The notes under the pieces were generated by a model. The model searched no databases. It was not told the origin of the DNA and saw only the letters and a list, made by a program, of their open reading frames with translations. The translations under genes were made by a program, and so were the position numbers. Positions 56,082-64,000 of a DNA stretch of 64,000 bases are shown piece after piece. The first letter of the stretch is position 1; every line of letters starts with the position of its first letter. Source of the stretch: Actinomycetes bacterium (GTDB taxonomy: Bacteria > Actinomycetota > Acidimicrobiia > Acidimicrobiales > SZUA-35); the NCBI GenBank assembly GCA_024276425.1, contig JAJRXF010000054.1:1401-65400 (forward strand), written 5' to 3'.

Positions 56082-57248
56082 CTAGCAGAGACCCTTTTCT
56101 TGACAGATCGCCCTGTCAGCATTGAACTCCTCGATCGTCTCGCTAAAGGAGTGCGTGCCGTCTGCGTCGGTAAGGACGTAGAACATAAACTTGGTTTCGG
56201 CCGGCCGAATGGCGGCCTCCATCGAGGCCTCCCCCGGGGCATTGATCGGAGTCGGGGGCAGTCCAACCACACCGCGGCATCCGTAGGGCCCGTCAAAGAA
56301 GAGAGCGTCCCCAACCAGTTCCACTTGTCGATCCCCGGCCGCATAGATACAAGTCGCATCGATTCCGAGTGGCTCCTGCTCGCGGAGGCGGTTGTAGATC
56401 ACACTCGCGACGAGGGCTCGCTCCTCATCCGCACGGGTCTCCGCCTCGATTAGTGAGGCCACGATCAGCACTTCGTAAGCTGTCAGGTCTTGGGGGGTGT
56501 GGGCATTGCCGTAGCCCAGCGAACCGGATACCTTGGCGAATTCGTCCGACATCTTAAGCAGAACTTCAAGAGCATCAGCGTCCTCGCTTATCTCATAGGT
56601 GTCCGGGAACAAAAGCCCTTCCCAACTGGTCTCCTCGTTGGGGCGATAGCGAGGCAAGATTTGGCCGGTGTTGAGAACCGTCCGCAACTGGCTTTCGGTC
56701 ACCCCATCGAGTTGGCGGGCGATCTCGGGCAGGATCTCACTAACCCATAGGCCTTCCCGCACCGTGAATCGTTGGAAAATCTGAGGTTTTGGACCCTCAT
56801 TGAGAATATCAATCGCCTCTTGGGCTGAGGAGTTGGTATAGAAGGTGTACTCGCCAGCTTGAAAGTTTCCCTCGTCGTTCCATTCGGCGTAGTAGCGGAA
56901 GAAGGTCGAGTTTGGTACGACGTCTTCCTGTTGTAAGAGACGACCAATGTTGGCCGTTGTGGCGCCGCTCGGAATCACAACGGCGACCGGCTCAAGGGGC
57001 TCTCCTGCTGGGTCTAGTTGGTGATTGAACCATGTTCGCATCACATCAACCACAAACAGCCCAAACCAAACAAAGATCACCACCAAGATGAGGCTCCGCC
57101 CAATGCGATACCAGGCTGGTCGAATCTTCACATACTCCCCGTCGCCCTGGGGCGAATTATTGCCGGACGCGTCAAAGCCAGCAGGCGCCTCGTTGGTGGG
57201 CGGGGGATGAGAGCCGTGATCTTGATCGAAGATGGTCACCATGGACAT
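56082..57248 (-). CDS. mltG: Endolytic murein transglycosylase MltG (YceG-like)
   Basis: 388-aa ORF with an N-terminal TM anchor and YceG domain (ASLIEAE, VIYNRL). Confidence 0.9.
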   Translation of the reverse strand: MSMVTIFDQDHGSHPPPTNEAPAGFDASGNNSPQGDGEYVKIRPAWYRIGRSLILVVIFVWFGLFVVDVMRTWFNHQLDPAGEPLEPVAVVIPSGATTANIGRLLQQEDVVPNSTFFRYYAEWNDEGNFQAGEYTFYTNSSAQEAIDILNEGPKPQIFQRFTVREGLWVSEILPEIARQLDGVTESQLRTVLNTGQILPRYRPNEETSWEGLLFPDTYEISEDADALEVLLKMSDEFAKVSGSLGYGNAHTPQDLTAYEVLIVASLIEAETRADEERALVASVIYNRLREQEPLGIDATCIYAAGDRQVELVGDALFFDGPYGCRGVVGLPPTPINAPGEASMEAAIRPAETKFMFYVLTDADGTHSFSETIEEFNADRAICQEKGLC

Positions 57249-57276
57249 GCTAAAGCCTGCCGGCCGCTACGCAGGG

Positions 57277-57729
57277 TCAATACTCAAACGATTCTTGGTT
57301 CGGCGCGTGGTCGGCTTCACTGTTCGAATCAAGCCAGCCCTGCAGAAGTACCGATGCCGCTATTTGATCGACCACGTCACGCTTCTTGGACGCCTTGGTG
57401 CCAGCCCGCTTGAGGGAGTCTTGAGCACTAACGGTAGTGAAGCGCTCGTCATAGGTGACCACGGGGACATCGAGACGTTTAATCAGACCGCGGATCTCCT
57501 GTTGGACCAACTTGGCTGCCCTTCCTTCGGACCCATCGAGGGAGTAGGGCATACCAACCACCACGATCTCCGCCCCAATCTCGCGGACAATCTCGCCAAT
57601 TCGGCCATGTTCGATCTTCTGATCGCCAACCCGCTTGATGGTTTCATATGGAGTAGCTACCAAACCAAGGGCATCACAAACAGCAACGCCAACTCGTCGA
57701 GAACCAAAGTCGATTCCAACGGCGCGCAC
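57277..57729 (-). CDS. ruvX: Holliday junction resolvase-like nuclease RuvX/YqgF
   Basis: 150-aa ORF (VGIDFGSRRVGVAV, DERFTT). Confidence 0.92.
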   Translation of the reverse strand: MRAVGIDFGSRRVGVAVCDALGLVATPYETIKRVGDQKIEHGRIGEIVREIGAEIVVVGMPYSLDGSEGRAAKLVQQEIRGLIKRLDVPVVTYDERFTTVSAQDSLKRAGTKASKKRDVVDQIAASVLLQGWLDSNSEADHAPNQESFEY

Positions 57730-57749
57730 GTCTGACTTCCTACCGCTTC

Positions 57750-60344
57750 CTAACCCTGGCCTAGCGCGGCTCGGGCCAAGCCGAGAGCCTCATCCAGGCC
57801 TGCGGGCTCACGGCCTCCAGCCATGGCTAGCTCAGGTGCCTTGCCCCCTCCGCCTTTGATGCACTTGGAACCGTCGGCGATCAGTCTGCCCGCGTGGAGT
57901 CCGCTCTCACTGCTCACTGCCGCCACAAGGGCCGCTCCCCCACTCTGTGGGGCCCCGCCTAGAACGACCGCACGGATTCCGACGTGGTCCCGCAGTGCTA
58001 CCGCCAGATTCTTCAGATCATCCTGACTAATTCCATCGACCCGAGCGACAACGACCCCATCAATGGCTTCAGCCGCCAAGGAATCCGCCTGGCTAAGGGC
58101 TAGCTGGGCTCGCATCTCGGCCACTTCCGCCTTGACTTCCTTGAGTTCGGCCAGGCGCTTGTCCAGTCCCTCAACAACATCGCCAATCGGCACGTTCAAC
58201 GCTTCGGCCAGGGCCGCCTTGGTGGACTGTTCTTCTCGTAGCAACTCGATGGTGTCGTTGCCGGTGATTGCCTCGACCCGTCGAAGGTTGGAGCCGATCG
58301 AGCCCTCGCTGGTGATCTTGAGTAGCCCAATGTCACCCAGAGCCGACACATGAGTTCCGCCACAGAACTCTAATGATGGCCCGGCGTCAAGAACCCGTAC
58401 CCGGTCACCGTACTTGTCACCAAAGAAGGCAATGGCACCCATCTTCTCGGCCTCAGCCTTGGATACCTCGGGATGTCGGACCTGGGGATTCTTCAACAAC
58501 TCGCGGTTGACCAAATCCTCGATGGCGGCGATCTGGTCCGGGGTTACTGGCTCAAAGTGGCTGAAGTCGAAGCGCAGCCGTTCGGCTGAAACCATTGACC
58601 CCTGCTGCTGGACGTGATCGCCCAGGATCTGGCGAAGGGCCCAATGCAAGATGTGGGTTCCGGTGTGATTGCGCCGGATGGCGTCTCGTCGAAGTTCGTC
58701 CACCGAGGCGACGCCCGCTTGACCGGCCACGACCTGTCCAGCGGTGATCTTGACCAGGTGCCGTTGAATGCCTGGTGCGGCATAGACGGTGTCCAACACC
58801 GTGGCCGATCCGGAGTCGGTGACGATGGAACCGGTGTCGCCGACCTGGCCGCCTGATTCGGCGTAGAAGGGTGATCGATCAAGGAAGATGCTGACGGTGT
58901 CGGTTCCGCTACCGGTCACCAGGAGGACCCTGACCGGAACCTCGGTGATCTCATCTCGGCCAACAAAGCTGGTGAGACTTCCGGCCTCGATAAGTCCCTG
59001 AATCTGATCCTGATCGGCGGCTTGGACCACACCCTTTCGGGCGGCCTTCGCCCGTTCTCGCTGTGCTGCCATTTCTGACTCGAATCCCTCGCGGTCCAAA
59101 CGGAAACCACGTTCGGTAACGACCTCTTCGGTGACCTCATAGGGAAAGCCGTAGGTGTCGTGCAACAAGAAGGCCACCGCTCCGGGAAGTACCCCACCCT
59201 TGTCGATAGAAGCAAGTTGCTCATCTAGAATTCTCAGTCCGTTAGCCAAGGTACGGCGAAACTGGGTTTCCTCCCGCTCGACCGTGGTCATAATCAGCTC
59301 ACGCGAGGCCTTCAGTTGGGGATAGTCGACCTCCATGATGTCGACGACCGTCTCGACCAAGGACGGGGTGACCAGATCGGTCACCCCAAGGAGATAGGCG
59401 AAGCGAATGGCGCGACGCATGATTCGCCGAAGCACATAGCCGCGGTCCTCATTGGAAGGAAAAACTCCATCGGAAATCAAAAACGTCATGGTTCGGGCGT
59501 GCTCGGCTAGAACGCGCAAAGCCAGATCGGCGTTCTCATCGGTCCCGAGTCTGTAGCCGGTGATCTCACCCGCCCTGGCCACCAGGGTGGCCATCTCATC
59601 GATTTCGAAAACGCTGTCCTTGCCCTGAAGCACCGAGAGGATTCGTTCCAACCCGGCTCCGGTGTCGATGGAGGGTCGCGGCAACTCTTGGCTGTTACCG
59701 GACTCATCCGTCTCGAACTGCATGAACACGAGATTCCAGATCTCGACATAGCGTTCATCGGCCTCGGGATTGGCCGGACCACCCTCGGGCCCATAGGCGG
59801 GCCCCTTATCCCAAAAGATCTCCGAACTCGGGCCGTTGGGCCCGGTGTCGGCCATACGCCACCAGTTGTCCTCGTCTAACCGTTGAATCCGCTCCTTTGG
59901 GACCCCAACGGTGTTGGCCCAAATATCTTCAGCCTCGTCGTCTGAAAGATGAACGGTCACCCAAAGTCGTTCCGGGTCCAACTGCAAGACCTTGGTAAAG
60001 AACTCCCAGGCCTGAGGTATTGCCTGCTCCTTGAAGTAGTCACCAAAACTAAAATTACCCAGCATTTCGAAGAAGGTGAGGTGACGAGAGGTCCGTCCAA
60101 CCTCATCAAGATCGTTGTGTTTGCCACCAGCTCGGACACATTTCTGGACCGAGACCACACGCGGGTGTGGAGGCTTTTCCTCGCCGACGAAATACGACTT
60201 GAAGGGCACCATGCCCGAGTTCACAAACAGCAAGGTTTGGTCGTGGGGAATCAGGCTGGCTGACGGAACGAGCTGATGATCGCGCTCGGTGAAGAAGTCA
60301 ACAAAGGCGCGGCGCAGCTCGGCGGCAGTCATGGAGTCGTTCAT
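57750..60344 (-). CDS. alaS: Alanine--tRNA ligase
   Basis: 864-aa ORF with class II core, editing-domain HTGTH..CGGTH motifs and a C-terminal DHHA1-like region. Confidence 0.98.
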   Translation of the reverse strand: MNDSMTAAELRRAFVDFFTERDHQLVPSASLIPHDQTLLFVNSGMVPFKSYFVGEEKPPHPRVVSVQKCVRAGGKHNDLDEVGRTSRHLTFFEMLGNFSFGDYFKEQAIPQAWEFFTKVLQLDPERLWVTVHLSDDEAEDIWANTVGVPKERIQRLDEDNWWRMADTGPNGPSSEIFWDKGPAYGPEGGPANPEADERYVEIWNLVFMQFETDESGNSQELPRPSIDTGAGLERILSVLQGKDSVFEIDEMATLVARAGEITGYRLGTDENADLALRVLAEHARTMTFLISDGVFPSNEDRGYVLRRIMRRAIRFAYLLGVTDLVTPSLVETVVDIMEVDYPQLKASRELIMTTVEREETQFRRTLANGLRILDEQLASIDKGGVLPGAVAFLLHDTYGFPYEVTEEVVTERGFRLDREGFESEMAAQRERAKAARKGVVQAADQDQIQGLIEAGSLTSFVGRDEITEVPVRVLLVTGSGTDTVSIFLDRSPFYAESGGQVGDTGSIVTDSGSATVLDTVYAAPGIQRHLVKITAGQVVAGQAGVASVDELRRDAIRRNHTGTHILHWALRQILGDHVQQQGSMVSAERLRFDFSHFEPVTPDQIAAIEDLVNRELLKNPQVRHPEVSKAEAEKMGAIAFFGDKYGDRVRVLDAGPSLEFCGGTHVSALGDIGLLKITSEGSIGSNLRRVEAITGNDTIELLREEQSTKAALAEALNVPIGDVVEGLDKRLAELKEVKAEVAEMRAQLALSQADSLAAEAIDGVVVARVDGISQDDLKNLAVALRDHVGIRAVVLGGAPQSGGAALVAAVSSESGLHAGRLIADGSKCIKGGGGKAPELAMAGGREPAGLDEALGLARAALGQG

Positions 60345-60357
60345 AGGTCCCTACAGG

Positions 60358-60960
60358 CTAGCGGCGCCGAACTGGGCGTTCCCAAGGCTTGGTGGCTTGC
60401 CGATAGGTCCGCCGTACCCGATTGACTGGTGGTGAAGGCAGAGCAGGCACGTGACGATTCCTCCCTGATCGAATCTCGGGGGGGACCTCAGGCAGAGGAA
60501 CCGGATCGACCGGGCGCAGATCCAACAGGGCATTCAGCGCGGCCTCGTCCCCCTCGGTCTCACGCAACATGTCCGAATGAATCCGACGTCTTGCCTCGTC
60601 TGACTCGATAGCGATCTCGTCTCGTATGTGGTGGATCCGGTCAGCTACTGTTTCGATATCAGCTCGGCGGGACCGTCCAAACCGCCCGGTGGCATTGGCG
60701 GCCGAACGTGCTACCAGTCCCGTCGCCTTGGCCACATTGCCAGCAGACCTAGCCCCCTGACCAGCCAGGACCGCCACACCACCAGCTCTGGTGAGGTCGA
60801 CGGGCAACTTCTTGAGCGAGTTGGCCACGGGAGCCGGGAGCCGATCTTCAACCTTGGCCGCCGCCCGATCAACCGACCTGGTTAGGCCAGCTCGACCTAC
60901 TCGTTTGGCCACCCAGCCCAAGATCATCCAGCGCGAGCGACGAAAAAGAAACGGGATCAC
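60358..60960 (-). CDS. Hypothetical basic protein
   Basis: 200-aa ORF whose start overlaps the DUF948 stop. Arg/Ala-rich, with no family recognised. Confidence 0.45.
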   Translation of the reverse strand: MIPFLFRRSRWMILGWVAKRVGRAGLTRSVDRAAAKVEDRLPAPVANSLKKLPVDLTRAGGVAVLAGQGARSAGNVAKATGLVARSAANATGRFGRSRRADIETVADRIHHIRDEIAIESDEARRRIHSDMLRETEGDEAALNALLDLRPVDPVPLPEVPPEIRSGRNRHVPALPSPPVNRVRRTYRQATKPWERPVRRR

Positions 60961-61331
60961 TTCTTGGCTGCCTTCCGTTTGCGCCCTAAGAGGGAACGGG
61001 CCACCTTGGAGGTCCCAGAGGCAACGGCAAGGGAACGAATGACCGGGTCCTGCACTGCCTCATGGGTTCGCTTTGAGGTCTCGGACATGATGGTGGTCGC
61101 CTGATCAGCCCGGTCCAGCACCAGATCAACTTTGTCTAGTTCTGCATCGGCGTCGGCGATGAGCTGTCGTAGCTCTCGAAAGGCCCCGATCCCCTCGTCT
61201 CGTAGCTGATTGCCGGTGTCCTCCAGCTTGGCCAGCGTGCGATTGAGGTTGTTCATAGCCGTTACGAGGTAGACCGCGGTAACCACAACGGCGATGGCGA
61301 CTACAAAGGCGGCGAAATCGGTGATGGTCAT
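60957..61331 (-). CDS. DUF948-like membrane-anchored coiled-coil protein
   Basis: 124-aa ORF with an N-terminal TM helix followed by a helical region (NNLNRTLAKLEDTGNQL..). ATGA overlap with rarA. Confidence 0.6.
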   Translation of the reverse strand: MTITDFAAFVVAIAVVVTAVYLVTAMNNLNRTLAKLEDTGNQLRDEGIGAFRELRQLIADADAELDKVDLVLDRADQATTIMSETSKRTHEAVQDPVIRSLAVASGTSKVARSLLGRKRKAAKK

Positions 61332-62671
61332 GGTTTGGAGTTTTTCATCTCAGTTTCGCCTTCCCCATCTGCCTTGTGTTCACGAGCACCTTGCAATCCC
61401 TCAAATCCTCGATCGGTCGGACGGTAGTAGCGGCGATCGGAGAGCTCCGAAGGCCTGTATTCCTGATCCACCCAACCCCCGGGGTGATCATGAGGATAGA
61501 CGTAACCGTCGCCATGACCCAGCGATGCCGCTCCGCGGTAGTGCGCATCGCGCAGATGCACGGGAACTTCGCCCGCGGGCAGCTCTTGCACATCAGCCAT
61601 CGCTTCGTTTAGGGCACGGTATGAAGCATTTGACTTTGGGGCCATTGCCAGGTGTACAACGGCTTGAGCTAAGTTAATCCGCGCTTCAGGCAGGCCAACG
61701 AACTCGACCGCATGAGCGGCGGCATTGGCGATTAACAGGCTCATTGGATCGGCCATGCCGACGTCTTCGGACGCCAAAACGACCAGCCGTCGAGCAATGA
61801 AACGGGCATCCTCTCCAGCGGCCAACATCCGAGCCAACCAGTACACCCCAGCGTCTGGGTCCGAACCTCGGATGCTCTTTATGAAGGCGCTAGTGATGTC
61901 ATAGTGCTCGTCTCGCCCGTACCGCAGAGACTTCAAATCGCTGGCCGCCTCCGCATGTCGGAGCTTAACGTGGACTACCTCATCCTGATCGTCATCTTTG
62001 GTCTCGGCCCCCGCTAGTGCGACCGCTACCTCCACGGTGGTCAGGGCCTGCCTTCCATCTCCGGAGGCGCGAGAGGCAATGTGAGTCACCGCATCCTCGC
62101 TCGCTGAGGCTCGCTCTGCGAACAGTCCCCGTCGGATCAGAATCGACAGGTCTTCTGGATCAAGGGGCTCTAATCGAAACAACGTCGAACGGCTTCGAAG
62201 GGGTGCGTTCACTTCAAAGAAGGGGTTTTCCGTGGTCGCCCCGATGAGGGTGAGTACCCCAGACTCCACCGCGGGCAACAGCGCGTCCTGTTGGGCCTTG
62301 TTGAACCGGTGGACCTCATCTAAGAACAATATGGTTCCCTGGCCATGTGCCCCCAAGCGCTCCTGTGCCTCAGCGATCACAGCCCGTACGTCCTTGACGG
62401 TGGCCGAAACTGCGGACAACTGAAGGAACGTCTTTGAGGAGGCAGACGCCGCCAATCGAGCAAGTGTCGTTTTCCCCGTACCGGGCGGTCCCCACAAGAT
62501 GGCCGAGCTCAGGCGGTCAGCTTCTACCAAACGACGGAGAGATCCGTTGGGTCCCAAGAGCTTCCTTTGACCAACCACCTCGTCGAGCGACCCTGGCCGG
62601 AGCCTCGACGCGAGAGGGCTCCTTGCTTGGAGTCTGGCCTGAGCTGCGGCTGCAAAGAGGTCTTCGCCCAC
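61328..62671 (-). CDS. rarA: Replication-associated recombination protein A (MgsA/RarA AAA+ ATPase)
   Basis: 447-aa ORF ([28 protein letters not shown]-terminal MgsA domain). Confidence 0.93.
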   Translation of the reverse strand: MGEDLFAAAAQARLQARSPLASRLRPGSLDEVVGQRKLLGPNGSLRRLVEADRLSSAILWGPPGTGKTTLARLAASASSKTFLQLSAVSATVKDVRAVIAEAQERLGAHGQGTILFLDEVHRFNKAQQDALLPAVESGVLTLIGATTENPFFEVNAPLRSRSTLFRLEPLDPEDLSILIRRGLFAERASASEDAVTHIASRASGDGRQALTTVEVAVALAGAETKDDDQDEVVHVKLRHAEAASDLKSLRYGRDEHYDITSAFIKSIRGSDPDAGVYWLARMLAAGEDARFIARRLVVLASEDVGMADPMSLLIANAAAHAVEFVGLPEARINLAQAVVHLAMAPKSNASYRALNEAMADVQELPAGEVPVHLRDAHYRGAASLGHGDGYVYPHDHPGGWVDQEYRPSELSDRRYYRPTDRGFEGLQGAREHKADGEGETEMKNSKP

Positions 62672-62795
62672 CCTTTGAGGCTAGGCCTTCAACGACTGCG
62701 TTCATGTTCGGAGGAATCTCCGTCAACAACGACCGACCGACAGATCCTGTGCGCATCGACCCCCCGGGATTCTGGCCAACTAGAATCGCTTCTGT

Positions 62796-63602
62796 ATGAA
62801 AGATCTGGATCAACTCCTCGTCTATGTCTTCTATGTGTGGATTGCAGTCTCAGCCCTATGGATGTTGCGAACCATGCTGAAGAATCGGCGAATCCGACGG
62901 GAGGAAGCGGCTATGGGTCTTCATCAAGATGACGGCGACTCGCGGCCAATGTCCGCAATAGCAACAGCCACCGACGGCCCGGTACCTCAGACCTCCGGTT
63001 CGGAGCCCTCGAATTCAACCCAAACCGGGTCGGGTGAAACGAAGAGGGTGAGCCCAAGTGCCGCCATAAACCTCCGGGACGAAAAGACACAACCCGACGA
63101 GGCGCAACCACGAACTTCAGCCACGGCTCCGCCTTCGAAAGGCGCCGGGTTAACCGGTGGTACGACGGGCAATGATGTGGATGGCCCGAAAAAGACATCG
63201 AGAACGTCTGAGGATCAGCCAGCTACCCAACAAACTTCGCCCGTGGCCCAACCCTCGTCCACTCCCCCCACTATTGCCGATCTCTTGACTGGGGTTCGTC
63301 TACCTCGCAACCTTCTACCTGTTGTTCCTGCAGGCGAGAAAGCCAGTGACCAGCGCATCTCTCTCCTAAGCGACGATGTCGAACCGGAGATAATTGGGGT
63401 TGCCATTGCCGATGAGCTCGAACGGCTCGGATACGAAATCCACACGATCACCACCGATCAGGCGATGGCCAAGCGTGGTGACCAACGGCTCGGGTTGCAA
63501 ATTTTCCCAACCGTCGCCGACCTGACCAACGATTCAGGTAGTCGCTTTCCCGATGCTGACCCTGCGTCGGTGGCCATCGACCTCTGGGTTGTCGCCGACT
63601 AA
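62796..63602 (+). CDS. Hypothetical membrane-anchored protein with a long disordered Ser/Thr/Pro/Gln linker and a small C-terminal domain
   Basis: 268-aa ORF with one N-terminal TM helix. No family recognised. Confidence 0.45.
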   Translation: MKDLDQLLVYVFYVWIAVSALWMLRTMLKNRRIRREEAAMGLHQDDGDSRPMSAIATATDGPVPQTSGSEPSNSTQTGSGETKRVSPSAAINLRDEKTQPDEAQPRTSATAPPSKGAGLTGGTTGNDVDGPKKTSRTSEDQPATQQTSPVAQPSSTPPTIADLLTGVRLPRNLLPVVPAGEKASDQRISLLSDDVEPEIIGVAIADELERLGYEIHTITTDQAMAKRGDQRLGLQIFPTVADLTNDSGSRFPDADPASVAIDLWVVAD

Positions 63603-63628
63603 TGGTCGAGCCAGATTCGGCTTCTCAA

Positions 63629-64000
63629 CTACTCCGCTTGAGGCAGAACACGAATCCCCAACTCGTCCAATTGGGAGGCCTCGACCTCGCTCGGCGAACT
63701 CGTCATTGGATCGATGCCCGAAGACGGTTTCGGAAACGCGATAATCTCGCGGATGTTTGACTCACCAGCGAGTATGGCTGTTAGTCGGTCAATTCCATAG
63801 GCGAAGCCACCATGGGGTGGCGCCCCAAACTTGAACGGTTCAAGGAAGAACCCGAAGCGCCTATCGGCCTCCTCATCATCGATACCCAACAACGAGAAAA
63901 CTCGACGTTGGAGCACTGGGTCATGGATTCGAATACTGCCCGACCCGAGTTCCCAGCCATTCAGAACCAGGTCATAGGCCCAGGCGCGAACCGACATCGG
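63629..64000 (-). CDS. aspS: Aspartate--tRNA ligase, C-terminal part (5' end of the gene lies beyond the right window edge)
   Basis: The frame is open to the window edge. Class II motif 3 region is GAPPHGGFAYGIDRLTAILAG..IREIIAFPK. Confidence 0.9.
   Translation of the reverse strand, partial: PMSVRAWAYDLVLNGWELGSGSIRIHDPVLQRRVFSLLGIDDEEADRRFGFFLEPFKFGAPPHGGFAYGIDRLTAILAGESNIREIIAFPKPSSGIDPMTSSPSEVEASQLDELGIRVLPQAE

Noticed and set aside
1-64000. Scanned intergenic gaps over 70 nt for tRNA, rRNA, tmRNA, CRISPR repeats, IS ends, transposase and integrase genes
   Set aside because: No cloverleaf-like sequence, regularly spaced repeats or recombinase-like ORF was seen. Absence is by eye only and should be confirmed with tRNAscan, Infernal and ISfinder-type searches.

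Overview
GC-rich window (about 60% by eye), almost fully coding. Gene order matches an Actinomycetota chromosome core, possibly Acidimicrobiia-like; this is an inference from synteny, with no search run. About 65 protein genes are supported, most on the minus strand. They fall into these blocks: argC-J-B-D-F; udk, pepF, hisE-hisG; pheS-pheT; infC-rpmI-rplT; a c-di-GMP enzyme operon; a metB-like gene followed by serA-DUF1015-aminotransferase; rsmB-fmt-def; priA, metK, coaBC, rpoZ, gmk, mihF; the full pyrR-pyrB-pyrC-carA-carB-pyrD-pyrF block; nusB-efp-pepP-aroQ-aroK/B; a prepilin peptidase with a DUF4388 protein; aroE-mltG-ruvX-alaS; rarA; and the aspS 3' end. I found no rRNA, tRNA, CRISPR array, transposase or integrase. 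The only clearly accessory or decaying stretch is about 9.6-12.7 kb. It holds a truncated, frameshifted RidA remnant. It also holds a MazF/PemK toxin whose upstream partner frame looks like a ribbon-helix-helix antitoxin broken by one in-frame TAG. Next to that is a 1.1-kb two-gene islet bracketed by a 43-bp direct repeat of the pheT 3' end, with two copies of a roughly 50-nt palindrome at its inner edges. Other points worth a second look are the translationally coupled serA-DUF1015-class I aminotransferase cassette, a divergent cold-shock-fold protein coupled to a GGDEF-EAL enzyme, a PATAN/DUF4388 protein plus prepilin peptidase where aroC normally sits, an in-frame aroK-aroB fusion, and a PriA with no Walker A motif. 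I see no unambiguous complete novel multi-gene system. All family calls come from motif recognition in the supplied translations. Start codons are best guesses.
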